64,000 nt of DNA from Phoronis australis (lineage: Eukaryota > Animalia > Phoronida), in contig NMRA01000391.1 of assembly GCA_002633005.1 (NCBI GenBank), positions 236,159-300,158 on the forward strand, given 5' to 3'. Each line of letters opens with the position of its first letter. The first letter of the stretch is position 1. The position numbers and the translations under genes were made by a program. Below, piece by piece: positions 12,101-28,000 of the stretch. Under the pieces are notes generated by a model, which did not search any database, had not been told where the DNA came from, and saw only the letters and a program-made list of their open reading frames with translations.

Positions 12101-15100
12101 AATCGGAAAAAATATTGATTGAAGCCTTAAAACAAAACGGTCTGTTAAAGAAATATTCCTGTCCCTTGCGATGAAAACTAATGTTTTCTTGAAGGTGTAG
12201 CTATTTGCCTCTCGGCATTTCCTACATACTAACAGCTCCTTACAAATATCACCCTTAAGCTCAACTCCAGAAGAAAGTGGCTTCCAGGATCAGATAACAT
12301 AGTCTATTGTGAAGCATTCTGTTTGTTAGGGCTCACAAATTATAAACCAATTATGCACCATAGTTACTTCTCTTGGTCAACAAACAGACCACAATCACAC
12401 TGTTTTGGCTAATATTTATTTTGCATTTCTTCCAAAAAAAAACCCTATAGCAAAATAACATTTCATGGGGAGTTGAATTCCCGAAGCCAAACAGATAAAA
12501 ATCACCAGTTTTACTACACGATAGTTTTATTTATTTCAGCCAGTATTTTATTACCCTGAAGTCATTGCTGATGTGGTGCTTGTCCTGTCGGATATTAAAG
12601 AACGCTAGACCAGTGTTCCTAACATCGAAGGATTCTGTCTACTGTGATCTGTGTGCAAAAACATTTTCGAGTTTGGGAGACACTGAAATTCTAGCCAAAT
12701 AGATTTTTATTGATTCTGAAGATTGGGACATGGGCAATTTTGCGTTTCTCATGTCTAAAATATCAGACAGTGTATTTTGCATCAATAAAAGTCTCGAGAT
12801 AAAACCGTTGAAAAACAGCTGCCCACCCAACATAATTTGAAATGGGTAATTTTTCTGTGTTTCTCATAATTCTGAATATGGGACAGCCAATATTGTCTAT
12901 TTCTAAAATCTGGAACTCAAGCTCCGACCTTGAGCAAAGTAATTCATTTCACGCCATCCTAAATTGGAGAGCTAATTCATAAATTGGTTTTACTCGTATG
13001 TGTCTGGACAATCCAAATGAAAACGTTAGGCTCCTGCACTGTGGGATGAGTTACCTGATTTCGCTGATCGAAAACTTGGGTTAGAGAGGTGTTGTTATCA
13101 GTTTGACCGTGAAAGCAAGAGGAAAAGGTTAGCAAACTAATCATGTTTACATAGCCCTGCTCTCTTATTGTTTTCGTTCATCTGATAAACTCACATAATC
13201 CAGCAATTATGTTGTAAACAGAGCGCCTAATGCTAACCAACATTTAAAAAATACTATTTCCAGACGAAGTTCAACAAATGTCTTGAAGATGTTTTTTTAA
13301 GAAATATTATCACCAAAAAAATGGTTGACTTTCAGAGAAATTAGACTTAAAATTCAACTGCTGATTCCTAAGTGTGACTGTAAGCTCTGACCACAGCTTT
13401 TTACCAACACAAGGATTGTTGGTCAAGTTTAATCGAATGTGATCCTAGATCAGATCATGGTGTTGGAAATTTCTTGGTTTTAACAATCCAGGGGAACGGT
13501 ACATAACAAATGCATATGAATGGTATGTAGCGAGCGGAGGCATGCAACACAAAAGTAAAGGATTATTCAAAACAAAGAAAACATGCCACAAACTTCTCTT
13601 CAAAAAGAACGTACACAATATTGGTTTTACCACTAAAGAAACATGAGCCTGTAATATTGGCTAAATCACTAGACTAGAAACCCAACAAACACAGATTGTA
13701 AGATTAGCCAGAATAGCACTAATGAAATCGCAGATTAGTGGCCCACAACGTCAGTCTGACATTAGTGCCATCTTGTGGGAATGCAAGTCGTGCCACTAGC
13801 AGTCTCATGGTTTTACTCAATGTAGCTGATTAGCTCCTAATATGTGATTGAAAGCTTTCAATCTATGCTAATATGCAGAATCGCTAGAATCGCAAGGTAG
13901 TTCGTCGTTCTGTGTAAGCAGCGCCCCTAGTATTCTACAGGTGTAGAACCACTGATTAGATGCTAATGTGCGATTGAAAACCTTCAATCGATCCTAACTG
14001 GAAGAATAGCCAAAATCGCAAGGTAGCCCGTCATTCCGTGTACGCAGCACCCCTGGTGTTGTGCAGGTGTAGAATCGATTAGTTTCTGTCAATCGATGCT
14101 AAAATACAGCATCACTAGAATAGCAAAGTAGCCCGTCGAAGCAGCGCAACATTCCCTCTGTAAGCAGCGCTCATTAGCTGCTATATGTGCGTCTGCAGTG
14201 TCCCTCAAACACTGACAGTTAGCGCTGTTGTTTAAACAATATGGAGGATTCCTGAGACCAGCAAATATGTGCACATCTTAGAGTGGTGTAATGTTTAGGG
14301 GAAGACTGCTGTTTCCCTTCAAACCTTATTGCTAATATGCAGGTCAGTTTTGCTAATGTAGCGAATAAACCAATACTACGCTGTGAATGAATGTAGATGA
14401 CATGAGTATGTGATATTGTTACCAGCTGACTATGGTTAAGTTCATAAAGTTGGAAACATAACATGGCAGAGAAGTGGAATAAAATTCTCAAAAATATAAA
14501 TACGGTAAACATAAAATTTACCGTTTTAATTGTTGTTGGTACTTTTTAATTATCACTCTTAAAAATGCTGCAAAATTTGAACCTTTGTATCGATGTAACA
14601 AGACTTGCTGAGAACAGCAATTTTGTACATTATCTATGTGAGCAAATTGAAGAAAATTTACGGTTCTTGTATCACAGCTCAGCAGACGACATTGAGTAAA
14701 TTACATATTCAAGGTCAACTTTTTCTTCCATGCCTTTCGAGTAAGAGATTTACTTTCGGTTTTCAAAATTAACCCTAACTGAGCATTACACCTTAACACA
14801 CAAACATGGGTGCAGATGAGAAACATACTGAACACACAGACGTTTTGACTCAGCAAACAGTTTAAGTACTAAACATACCCTGGCTTCATGAAAACTCGAC
14901 CGAAGTGTATGTCAGCAGAAAGGTCCATCACCAGCACTTGCTTGAGAAGGTCCTGAAGAGAAAAAGGAGAAGTCACAAGATATAAGAGAATTCATTTTAC
15001 TTCGATCTACAAAACAGTCAATATTAGCCTGGGAGAGCTGTTCTCTGACTACAGCTAAATGTATAACGGATAAGAAAGTTTGGATATTAAACAAATGAGA

Positions 15101-18100
15101 GTAGATCTAGTCTTTAAAAAGAAACCATAGCCCATAGTCTCATTTATCTACACTTACTTAATGTTAGGTGCAAAATAAAATTAAGTTGTTCCGGCCCCTC
15201 GCATGACGGACAGTAAAATAGGTGTGCAACTCGTAACATTACATTAGCAATTTGACAAAAGAATAGTTTTTCAATGTAAAAACAAATGCAGTATTTTTAC
15301 TAATCTAGTGTGAATCAACAATCAAAACAAAAAAAATCAATGAAATAATTTATAGTCCGACCTCAGAGGAGTGAGAGATAGGTGAGAGAAGGCTGAGTGA
15401 ATGTAATAAGCAACAACTTTGATTTAGTCCGCCTATCAATACACTTGATTATGGTCTAAGCGAAGAGGTTTAGAGCAACACAGTCAGGTGATACTCCTGA
15501 AATTTGGTCTCACGCTCTACATAAGTATTTGTGAGAAATAACTTAAAACTCACCATAACAAGAGAATAAAGTATCTGAGAATATATCCATCATTGTTAAT
15601 AACTGATAAAAATAGTACACATTATTTCTTGAGGTAGCGATGTCTTAATAACATGACTACAACTTTATTCAGAAACTGTGAACTGGGAGCATGACACCAA
15701 ATTTATATTCTAAGTCTTTAAGTTACTTTCATGAAGCAGACCTAAGATTAGCTCTGGCACTTACAGAGTAAGACTGATATTAGTGGGATGAGTTCCGTAG
15801 ACACAAGAATCATGTCAAGGAAGCTAGCTTGTGATGGTGTGCTGAAATGCTTGTAGTACATGGTGATATCTCCAAAAGTCGTGCATGATTAGGGCTTTCT
15901 TGCCAGGGATGTCTCGCTTCTACGCAATGTACACCTGACATAACATTATGTATTGTAATCTGATTACAGCATGCAACAACATGTGGAGCATCATTTGCAA
16001 ACTAAAAATTTGATTTATATTTCAAAAAGACTTAAAAGTCTTGGAACAAAAATTTTAACACAATGGCGGTATTAATTGACAAATTTCGAATAACATTTCT
16101 AAAATACACGTAAAATCGTTTAAAAATCCTTTGAAGATTGTTGTTTTGATGTTTGAATATTGTCTATCTTCATGTTTGTCATCAAATCTACATTGAACAA
16201 CTGAAATAACCACACCCAGTAAAAAGATCTGATAGGAAGTTGAAGCTTAGTGGGAGAAATGCTCATTTGCACAAGTAGGTAGGTAGGTGGTGCTACTGGA
16301 TAACTTTAGAAAATTGCAGTTTCTTCCTACGACCAGTGTTTAGTAACATTCAGCTACAGAATCAATAATCCTGATTAGAAAACTGATTGATGTTTAATAC
16401 CTCTTACATCACTGGAAACCATTTATATCTAGAGTAAGTAATTGAGTGGACAATTCCTCTTGAAACCCAATCATTTAAAAGCAATCAAAGGAAAATTAGG
16501 CACAAACTTGGGACTTCCAATGTCAAACACACTAATAAATTAAACAGACACTACAGATTTACAAATATTTATTCTTACAACAGAGAATAAATTTAAAAGC
16601 TTTGCTTGATAGATTAAAGAAAAAAATGATCATTAAATTATAATTAGCTGAGTTGACAAACCTAGTATAGAATAATTGCCTGCTTCAAGGCATCACCATA
16701 TAAAGAACTACGGTAAAAATTCTGCTGTTTGGGAGCCTCTAAGATTTGGGACGTTAAAATTCAAACAGAAATTGAATTTTCCTAATGACTATGGCGGGAA
16801 GATATATTTAAAGGCCAATGTCATTTGACCAATGAATTAATGGGGGTGGATACAACATGCGGGGGTAATTACAAATTCACGAAACTACCCAAACAGCATT
16901 ATACATTGCCAATATGAATGATTGCGTCTGCAGTAACACAATCATATTTCTCCCACAGAACTCTAGCCCTGAAATGTCACCTGTCTCATATGACCAATTT
17001 CTATTATTAGAACTTGCGACCCTGAGACTAGACACGAGAGTTTGCATTGAGTTTTGATCAAGTGTTGTAGTTATCAAATTCAGCTTAATTTTATAGCTTC
17101 ATTTTCATTTTGACATTTTTGTTCATCACGCAAGATTCTTCAGCTACGGTTCTAGACAACCAGCAATTTCCCAGCAAAATAAATCAATAAACCGGATAAT
17201 TACATTGGTCATTCTTTATACGCACCGACCCATGGCCCTGGCCAGATACCAGGAATAGTCTGACCTCTGATATCTTTTCATCTCCAGTCTCAGAACCACT
17301 TTTGACAACCAATCAAACTACATGCTAGTTTTTCAACTAGTAATTTTGGGTGTTACAGTGTTTGAAAAAAGAAAAGAAAAGAAAAAAAGAAAAAAAAATT
17401 ATTTACCGGTGTTAGAAAAGCGTTCTGTCGTTAATCAGCTACTGCTAAAATTGTGATGTATTCTTTTGAGTTAGCTTTTGGCAATTACGTCACGTGACCT
17501 TGACCAGTTTCTCTCCCCCCCCCCGATTTTTTATCAATTGTTCTCCACAGCGAGCGCAAGTTTGCGTAACCGCCGTCACAACAAATTATCGGATCTTGTT
17601 TCATTTCAAGTTTTTAGTATTTTAATACCAGCAAATCGAATTTTAAACCAAACCTTCTTGCTGCAAAGCTGTTGTCATCTCCTAAAAGACGCCGCACAAC
17701 TTTAGGAAATGGCACATGCTGTTTTTTGAAAACTGGCGACACATTTTTCATTGTAAAGGCGGCGAATTATGATAGAAAATGATGTTTATTTGATTATTTT
17801 CCACTTACAACCAACAAGGTGAGTGTCAGTTGACTACCAGATTTTGCATGCACCCCTGAACAGGTCCGTTAGTAGTACATGTTGATGTAAGTTTCACGAG
17901 GAGACGAACATAACTACCCAGGAAATCAACAGGCTGTGTAAAATTTCAGGGTCTAACGGACCTCAACACACAGTTGTATGACAGTCTTCATACAGCTAAT
18001 AGTCGGAAACTAACCAAAACTTAAAAAGGTTACAGAGCTGAGTATTGGCTGGCTGCTTAAGCTGGCTGGCTAGAGTCCACACTGCCCAGTCATGCCAGAG

Positions 18101-19031
18101 TCAATTGTTGATACGGACTGGTTCAGCATCAGCTTATTTTCGTCTGACGAGGACGAAGACTAGGTATCACTTTGTGTTGCCTCAGCTCAAACAGGCAGCC
18201 CTGGTGACCCGACATTTCATACTTAAATTTCTCATTCCTACAATTTGAAGAACGCCACTGAACTACACGATAAAATAGGACACTGACTTTACCCCGCCAA
18301 ATACATCACAAGAAGCAGTGCTCTAAGCAGGTGATTTTTTAGTTTCGTTTGAAAATATATTTACTTTTTGCTATTGAATTATTTGTGAAATTAATTAACA
18401 ACTCACAGAAAACTACGCAAAATTTATTCTCAATAAAATAGAGTTCCCTTTTAAATTACTTTAGTGTCATCTGCTACTCTGTAGGTGTCTCAGTCTATTG
18501 GGTTTCACACTTGTGTATGTATTGCTTGAAAATCTTACTGTGTTACTTTCCACCTGTCTTCCTGGAGGGCTCTGTTTCCGTTCCTAGCATTTAAGTCACC
18601 AAGTTAGGCCAGACGTACAGAGAATAAATGACTGTGATCATTTTAAAAAGTTGTCTCCTTTTGGAGTGTTGGACGTCTCCTGTTCGAATAAGTGATTGGG
18701 ACCAGACGTGCTGGGCGGCAATACGAGAATTTATGGTCGAAACTTTAGAGCGTGGAAAATAGTTTAGCATTCAATGAGACTTGCTTGAAAGAAGGCCCGT
18801 CAGTTTGTAGTAAGAGAATACAAGTACACAATGTAAATCACACAAAAATGTAATTTAATTTGAATTTTTAATTAACTTTACGTGTACTAGGAACAACAGG
18901 ATCAACGAAATAATGCAATTGAGCCAATGAAGTTCAGAGACGTAATTCGTAGAAAGTTTTTAAAATGAACTCCAGTATCACTGACTCCACGAGGTAAAGC
19001 TAATAATTATAGTTACTATTATTATTATTAC

Positions 19032-19062
<31 letters not shown>

Positions 19063-22000
19063 GCGATTACTATTATTATTTCCGTAACTATTATTATAAC
19101 AATTTTAGTATTACTTTAATCACTACTATTTGGTAGTATTTTGTCAAGATTCAATGACTGAAGTAACCAAAACAGTATTCTGTAATCCATGAACAAATGG
19201 CCAAATTTGACTCTAGATGCAAGGCAACCACCACTAACTACTATGTTTGTTTTCACAGCACTTTGAAAGTCTATCTAATCACACCCTGTGAAAATTAACA
19301 AGCACATGTCCTAACATGTTTTTAATACATTCTTAATGGCCACACACAGACCACGTACTTTGTGGTTTTTTATCGAGGTGATGGGGTGCCCCAGAGCCAA
19401 CACCATCCTTCCACAAAATTGATGGTCTTACCCACAGCATGTTTCCCATAAACTCTGAAGTGATGAATGTTTATGCATGACACATCAGACCTAACAAGAG
19501 GCTACAAGCCTAATAAGAGGCTAATTACCATTTCTCAGAGAATACTTAAAATCTCACCAAATTAGGACATAATACGTCTGACACGTGAAATCTTATTTTA
19601 TCATTTTCCTTGAAACATGTGTAGCATCAACGTAAATGCTTTTCCCTGAATGTTCAAGTTTTAAAACACATCTACCATCAAAGTTTTGAAAAATTTTGGA
19701 CACTCACAACAATGTTAGAAGCCCTTGAAAATGGAATTAGGAGCGTTTGTTGCAATTATTTGTAACAAAACTGACTAGATTTAACCGTAATCTAGTATTT
19801 GAAAAAGGTTTTCAACACGGTCTAAGAACAAAAACTAGGACAGCATAGACCTCAAACAGGTAAATGCCAATAGAAAACATTATAAATACAACTCTTAAGC
19901 ATTGTGAAAGCATAAAAGCTGCTCTTTGGCCTGAACCAATTTCTAACTCAAGGTGGGTGAGTTGAGGGATGAAAATGCAATTTCCTTCATGAATAAACAT
20001 TTTGAGACGTTGAATATTTTTGTGCAAGTCATTTGACATAATATTATATTGTGGTGATGGACCGTCCAGAATAATGGCAGGCATGTTAAGACCGTCCAGA
20101 GTTGGCAGGCATATTAAGACCGTCCAGAGTTGGCAGAGTTGTAAACCACAAGTCCTGCCTCTCAATTACTCTTTATTGTACTTTTAAGTGACAGCATAAG
20201 GATAAGATTTGCATGAAGAATTAAGATGTACGATTTCACTTTCTGCCCCGTTTGTGGACGAAAACAGACCCAGTGATAATTGTGTGGTTAGCGTATAATA
20301 CCTGAAGCCCGCAAGGTCACTTCACAGTCAAAATGCTATTAATTTCCCACAGTGACAATTAGATGGCATGACAGAGGCCAAAAGAATTTACAAAAATGGT
20401 GGTAAATATACCAAAGCATTACCACAAGACCATACAAGAATGCAAAACATTGTCTTACCAACTAATAGTATTGTCATCAGGTTGTCACTACAATGAAAAA
20501 TGACTATTCTATCATTCTTGATGTGAGCAAAAACTTTAGTGCATATGCAAGTTTATGACGTCTCACGAGTATATCAACTTGATCAAGTAACACCTCCCAA
20601 TATTCTATATTAACCAACCATTGAATAGCTTAACATCAGAGAACACCCCCAAAATCTTATCGACTTGTCCTAGGCCTAACTCAAATCATCAAAATTCCTC
20701 CATATCTTTTCAAGCTAAAAGTGCGGACAATGTGTAGGAGTGACCACCATTCGAGATATTTTACAGTTAACATATTGCTAGCATACACTGTAGCTCCATG
20801 GGGCACACCTCCACTAAACATGACACCCTTCGGAGACAGTGGCCACCCTTATGATATCCCAACTTTCCATTGCACTACATATGAAAATCATTAATTTCCA
20901 TTCAAAAACAACTAAGATCATGCCCAAAAGGCATAACTAATTCTGGTCTACGAATACATAAATTTGAAATAAGCACAGAAATATAGATAGCAAACATAAA
21001 TATTCATTAGCACTTGATGTGGACAACAGATGGCATGTAGAGCTGAGACTTATAAAAATGTTTATTGCAATAAATTTGGTTCCTTTTATGAAAACCTAGT
21101 CTGTGTTGTGGATTTCTAGTTGCTCACTTTTACAAAAGGGAAAATCCCTCCAAGACTAGTTTTTTACTCTTTGCTTGGCAAATCATCGTGTTTCACGCTT
21201 TGCTTACCTTCGTTTACATGTTTCACACTTTGCTTACCTTCATTTACATGCCTTTGTGAAGCTTGTGAAACATGAGCAACACAGTGCATCGCATACGGTT
21301 TGTTCCTAAGGGTCACTAGGATGTGCTGCAGAAGTCGAATAAGCCCGAAAATCAAATGGTGCCAGCTCACTGTCACCACATACCGCTGAGTCTCCCCCAT
21401 AACAACACTCAAAATACTCTTGTCGAGGAACAAAATTGTGCTGGCACATGGTCATCATACATGCCCATGTAAAGTTTTATTGAAATCCATACAACATTTC
21501 AAAACATGTCACTCACAAATGTTCTTCCCAAAAACAGTAAGTAAAAGATGCTTCAGAGGTCGAATCCATCCGAAAAACAAAATGCCAGCGCACTGGCATC
21601 GTATACCTCAAAGTCAAGTTTTATCAAAATCTGTCCGCTGGTTATCTGGAAATGCTCTTCCCTCAAACAACGCTTGAAAACCCCATGTCAAAAACAAAAT
21701 GGCCACTAGGAAGTACTACAGTAGTAGAATCTACCCAAAAACATAATGGTGCTGCATTGCCATCACAAATTCCCATGTCAACTTTCATTGCAATCCTTCA
21801 CTGGGTTCTCTACATATCATCTGGAAACTCTAACACAAAATGACTACTACAGGAACTACAGGTGACACTACAGTAGTCACATTCGACAATCAAATGGCAT
21901 TGGCGGCGTTGGCGCAATCAAGTTTCAATGAAATTTGCCGCTCCGTTCTCAATCCTGAAATGCTCTTCTCCCAAACAACACTAAAAAAGCCTTTTTGATA

Positions 22001-25000
22001 AGAAAATGGCACCTAGGAGGTGCTAGGCAGTGGCGCCCACACATTGATAACACACACCTTTGCGTGAAGCTTCATTGAAATCCGTCAATACGTTTTCTAG
22101 AAATCATCTAGAAATGTTCTCACACAAAATGGCCCTTCTTCATCAGTCATTCTTTGCAGTATTTCACACCCGCCGTGTCCCAAAGTGTGTGCCATCAGCT
22201 TATGCTCTGTGGTGGCATTACTGCATCATTTTATCTTCACTTGAGAATGAAACGAAAATCAGTATGTTTCGAAATATCGTGCGTCTTTTAATTATGTCGC
22301 TAGGTCAGTTACTTTTTCTACGTTCAGTTGAGAGTAGAGTTTTGTTCCGAAGGCACGAACGTAACGGAATAAAGACTGTGGACAATGAAAAGTGTCAGCC
22401 AGATAACCCTTAACAAATGTGCAAAACATCAGAGATCTGTGTCCAATTGTGCAAGTACTGTCATATTAAAAACAACTGGTCAAAAATACAATATTAAAGG
22501 GAAGCTCGCTTAGTTCAGTCTATGCTCAATGTGGCCTCCATCTTTCTCCACGACTAAACGGAGCCGTTTCGTCCAACCAGAAACGCTTTTCCATTTTTCT
22601 TACATCGAGATTTCCTCCCATGACATAATTATCCTGTCTTTTAAATCCTGCTCAGTCAATTTGATTCCCATTCCTCAGTAAACTTTCTCCTTCAGAGAGT
22701 CCCATGACATGGTCCATTGGATTGCAATCAGGACTGAGGAAAGGCCATTCATACTTTTTGATGAATTTTGGTGTGGTCTTGTTCGGGAGTGAAGGAGCCC
22801 CATTTTGCTGAAATATGTAATTGTTTCCAAACAGTCGCCTGCAATCCAAAAAAATTTTCATCCCATAACTCCATGTAGCGTTGACTGTCAAGCTTGGCTT
22901 TATAAGTGTCAATAATTTTGTTTTCTCTTCCCAGGATACTCCAGGGGAAACCATTATTTTATTTGGAAACTGTGGAAGTGTCATGATAGAGTTGAGAAGG
23001 CTGAATTTCTCAATTTTCTTTCCCATAAATAAGGTCATTTTGGTGATTTTTCTAGCGTAAAGTGTTTTTCATCAATGAAAATGACTCTTCACATTAGTGG
23101 CTGAATGCGGTCATGCAAGTATCAGCATCGAGTTTTTCTTTTCCTGCTAACATTTTGATACCTGTCTGTATCATACCCTCCACAAAGAGCCCATCGCTCG
23201 AAACATGGGGAATATTTAAATATATTTTAGTACCGACGCTCGTTTTATTTTTACTAGTTTTACTATTTTATATTCTTATCCATCGGTAACTGCACAGCAT
23301 TCCAGCATTTATTTGATTAATTTATAAATTTTGATCTCTCCTTGATACCCACATTTTTTTGAAGGCTTTTAACTTCATTTTCTGCCATTCTTTGCACAGA
23401 AGACTAAATTTGCTCACTTGTAAATCGCTTCTGAATTAACTCAGAGATTTGTGATTCCCGGGTTGTCCTTCTGGGAATGAGTCAGTTCCTCAAAACGGTC
23501 CTCGTTTTCTTTAGAACATGAAGTCTTGGGTCTTCCAATGCCACTATTTTAGCAATAACTTAACACTTAATGTGTATGTTTATCTGACCAAGAATAGCAC
23601 GACAAACCATAATTTTGCATTCATCCCTGTAGACCTCCAGTCAGTGCTCTGGGAACACCGTCTACCCATTCTCCAATCCATCTGGCTTTTGTCCACCTCC
23701 TGGAAGGTCCCACTGACCACTGGGAGCAAATACAGACCTCCTTGTGGGTAATTACATTGTGTATTGGCAATGTCAATCAATGACACCATATCTATGTGAA
23801 TGGGCACTGTTAAGAAGACACCAAAGAATATCTACCATACACAGTAAAATACTAAAACCTCACTTCAACAGACTCTTTGTTAGTTAAGATATATTTTAAT
23901 ATGGATATCCAGACAGTACCTACAATACTAAAACCTTGAACAACAAGCCATGTCCAATGCCATGTGAAGATTTATCTAAATTTGACCAAGCTTTAATGCT
24001 CAAGCTTAATAGTATGTTGCTATATTTGATATTTTATGCCAAACAAATTCTTTTCTTCCTTAAACTGTCTAACCATTGGTGTTATCTCTAATACTGAAGG
24101 CTACTGGTGAGTTAGGTTACCGTATCAAAGTTGTCAAAGAAATCTTGAAAAGGCTTGTTTGGGCAAATCATCTTCTTTAACATTGCAAGCTTGGATATTC
24201 TTGTGGATCTTGGTAACCACAACTAGATGCAAGCTTAAAAAAGACGGATGGTCAGTAAAACATAAGTCAAGCAAACTATCAGTAGTGAATTCCATCAAGC
24301 AAGGCTGTTTCCTACTGACTGGTGATGAAAAATTCCCATGGCCTGTTAGCATATGGCAGTATACCACGTGTGGTACACACATTAAAATCGAGGGATCTGC
24401 AACACTGCTGACAACAGTGAAACCTAGAATACGTTAAGCTCAAGAACTTTGAATAGCATTGGTCAAGCTTCAATACCTTTGTAAAAGTTTGAATAAGAAG
24501 GCATACTTTTAGATTGATTGATCATGTCATTAAGCATTATTTAAGCTTGATGAATTTGGTGTTGTGCTCAAGTGTTCTATGTGTCATTGTGTCAACAAAA
24601 AAGCACAAGACAATCAACAAGAAGCAGAAAGTAGTTGCATTGAATGGGGGTCTCAGTGGAACATTCTATAAGGATTCTTGCAGCTCATTACATTTTGACA
24701 ATTTATTTCAATAAAAAAGTACAAGTGGTCTGATGTAATGTGCAGTGCGTCAGACGTGCACAGGCCTCATGGTTGGGCCCATTGCAGTGATGTGCACACA
24801 AATTCCCAAGTTACCCTTCAATGAAGGCTTCAGTAGCAGTTTCTCGTACTTACAGAAAGACCTAATATAATAGTCTACAAAACAATCATAAATCTTGAGA
24901 ACTACACAACCTACAGTGACATCTAGGACCATTCTGAATGCATACACGTTTAATAGTGCCGGATGTAATGAATTGTCAGGTATACTATAGCGCAGTGACA

Positions 25001-28000
25001 ATGAATACACAAGAAAATAACTATTACACTGAAGTCAACTCCGTCAGCCAACAAAAGACATACTCAAACAATATACAAAACAGGAAAAACATGGTTATTA
25101 AAGCTGTGAGAGAACAAGAATGCGTTTTTAGTTCCTAAGCAACAAAAATCAAAACATGTAATGAGTGAATAACATGACACCAAGCACTTTTAACAGAAAA
25201 AAATATATGAAATAATTGTGAGCAATTCTTAATGCTGACATATTGGCTGTTCGTGCTAACAGAATTTGTCTGTTTTTTGCAGTATGTCTTAAAGAGACGG
25301 ATGCTATTGGTAACATGGCAAACAAAGGATAAAATGTCTGCTTATTGTCTCAAAAAAGTGGCAACAACACAATTCAGTGTTGAGCTTTGAGAGCAAACTA
25401 GGCTTTTCTAAAAGCAAAGTTCACTGGCTTGAATTCAAGAAGTATATCTGAATTTTTTAAGACCCTTACAGATAACTTGAACATCAACAAACGATTTCCC
25501 TATTGATTTCAAGGACACCACACATCCCATCTGACATCATACAAGATCTGGACTTGGCATGTGCTTAACATCTCAATCACTGCTACTCAAAATTACACGA
25601 AACATTGGATGATATCAAGGGATCAACAATCGAAAAACAACCCAGCCGACATAGTGATCAGCCAAACAACAACAATAGACACTTTGTCCTCAGTGGGTCT
25701 GTGCTGGAGAGGTTAACAGAGGTCAACTGATGACCCTGATTTGGCCATAATGGGGAAGTAAACACCATCATCTCCGATCTTCTCCCAGACAAATGTGGTG
25801 TCAAGTTTTGCACTGAGAGCCCAGTGTGAGAACCAAGACCAATGGCCCCAGTGATAAATCACAAGTGGTTGCAATCATTGCTAAGGGCCATCAACATGGT
25901 TATCTGATCCAGGCTGGGTACAGCTATGCAGTGGCCTGGAACTGATCTCACTGTCGGGTTCTAGTGAAGTTCAAGTGTTCCACTGATGCTGCATAAATCA
26001 CAGGCTACCATCAGATGGTGAAGTGGTGTCATCAACACAACATGGAATTCCACCAATTACTGTCAGTGCAAACAGTTACAAGTAGTTGGTATGCAACACT
26101 GGCCAGACAGCAAGCTCAGGAATAGTGAGAAAGCAGTGACCCACTGTAGTCCTGGATCAGTGCTCTGGCTCTGCAAATGTGAAAATTCGGAAACTATTTG
26201 GCAGGGACTGGAGGAGGCCTGCGATTGTCTTACTCATTGGATAAACAAGGAGTGACCACTGCATAGAGTCACTTTATCACCAGAAAGTGGAATCCAAGGG
26301 TTCACTATCATTGGCAAAAAGTCCTTGACATATAATAAATACATAAAAAGTCAAAAAAGTCCTTGACATACACTATTTGATCATTATGACTGTCCAGAGT
26401 AGCTAGGATGTCCACTCGGGTCAGTTGAAATTCCTGGGCAAACCTCAAGTCTTTTTTCAGCATATGACATGCAATTTCAAACCCGTACACATTAGTGTCC
26501 ATTATATGAAGTCCCTGAGTTTTGCATTATGCTGCCCTTCAGAAGTAGACTTTCACTAAATGTGAATGAAATCTCTGTCCGGCTGTATTTAACTTGCGTG
26601 AGTTTTACATCAAATCTCATGCAATACCACCATCCAAAATAGAGACCAGTGCCCCAGGGTAGTATGTACAGCTCAAACTCTGCAGAAGAAACTACAGATA
26701 AGACGTATCTAACTACATCAATGTACTGTCACAGTGGCAGAACAAAATATTGTCATTTAAGTGTCCAAGACTCGTCCACTAGACAACGCTGGCTCAGAAC
26801 AAAGGCACTTGACTCCTGTTCAAAAGTCAATGGAGTCAGAGAGCCAAGTTTTCTAAGAGAAACTATATTACAAACACACAGCAAAGGCAAATTATGGGTG
26901 TGCTTAGTGATTTACTGTAGCTGCAGATTTTGCATTTTGAAGCACACCAAATGCCAAACAGAACAACGCAGAGCATTGAGATGCGACACTGTGTTCATCC
27001 CATACTGTGCAGATACAAGGGATGATCATTATTTTAAACATTACCACTAGGGGGAGCAATGCTACTACACTTCAAGTAACCTCTAGAGGGCACAAAAGAC
27101 ACACAACAATGCTCTTCTCAAAAGGAACAAACCCGTCATCTTTTATCACGATTCTTCAAGTAGTTTGGAGGATAAGGAGTAAGACGGAGGACAAAGCACA
27201 GACCCAAAAACAATTTTATAACAAAGACCATTTGGAAACACAAGCGAACATAATAGGTTAAATCTGTTTGAAACAAGGAATGTTCGGTCATCTACATGCA
27301 AGTAATTTATCCGCCAAATTCCATGAATATCAATCTCAACAAACTTGGCAAATCATGGAAAATGCAAAGAAAAAAACAAAACTGCCACAAGGATACTCTG
27401 CAGTTGTAATATTTGAACCGAAGTCTACATCTAGTTGTACTGTCCTCAATAGAAGCACATAGAAATTTCATTAAAATCCACCAAAGATCTTGGTAGATAT
27501 TGAGGCACAGGCAAAACACACCAGGTGGGGCAGAATATGTAGAATCTACCTGGAAACAGGAAGGCGTCGTTGTCTCCTTAACAGGAACCTATTTGTCAAA
27601 TTTCATGAAAATCTGCCACGGAACTTCAGAGATAAAAGGCAACAATAGAAACTGAAATTAACAATAAGAGGCACAGTGCTGTCAGATGAGTACTAAAATT
27701 TACTCGTGCGATAGAAAAGTGTACTCAGTCGCTATGCATTGTGTAGCCATGACAATCACTTCCCTTTTCCACTCAAAACTGTCACATCCACCAGAAGTCT
27801 TCATGCAAATCACAGTTAGGAGGTAAACTGACGCTAAGGTGATTTACTTCACAGTGTGAAACTGTTCAGATAAGATTTTGATTCAGAACAATTTGTTTTG
27901 GATCAAAATTATCCTAAAAGCATTATTATGTTGAGGTACTAAAGACAAATTTTGTTTGCAATGTAAATAGCTCAGTGCACAACTCCAGCAATACATAAAA

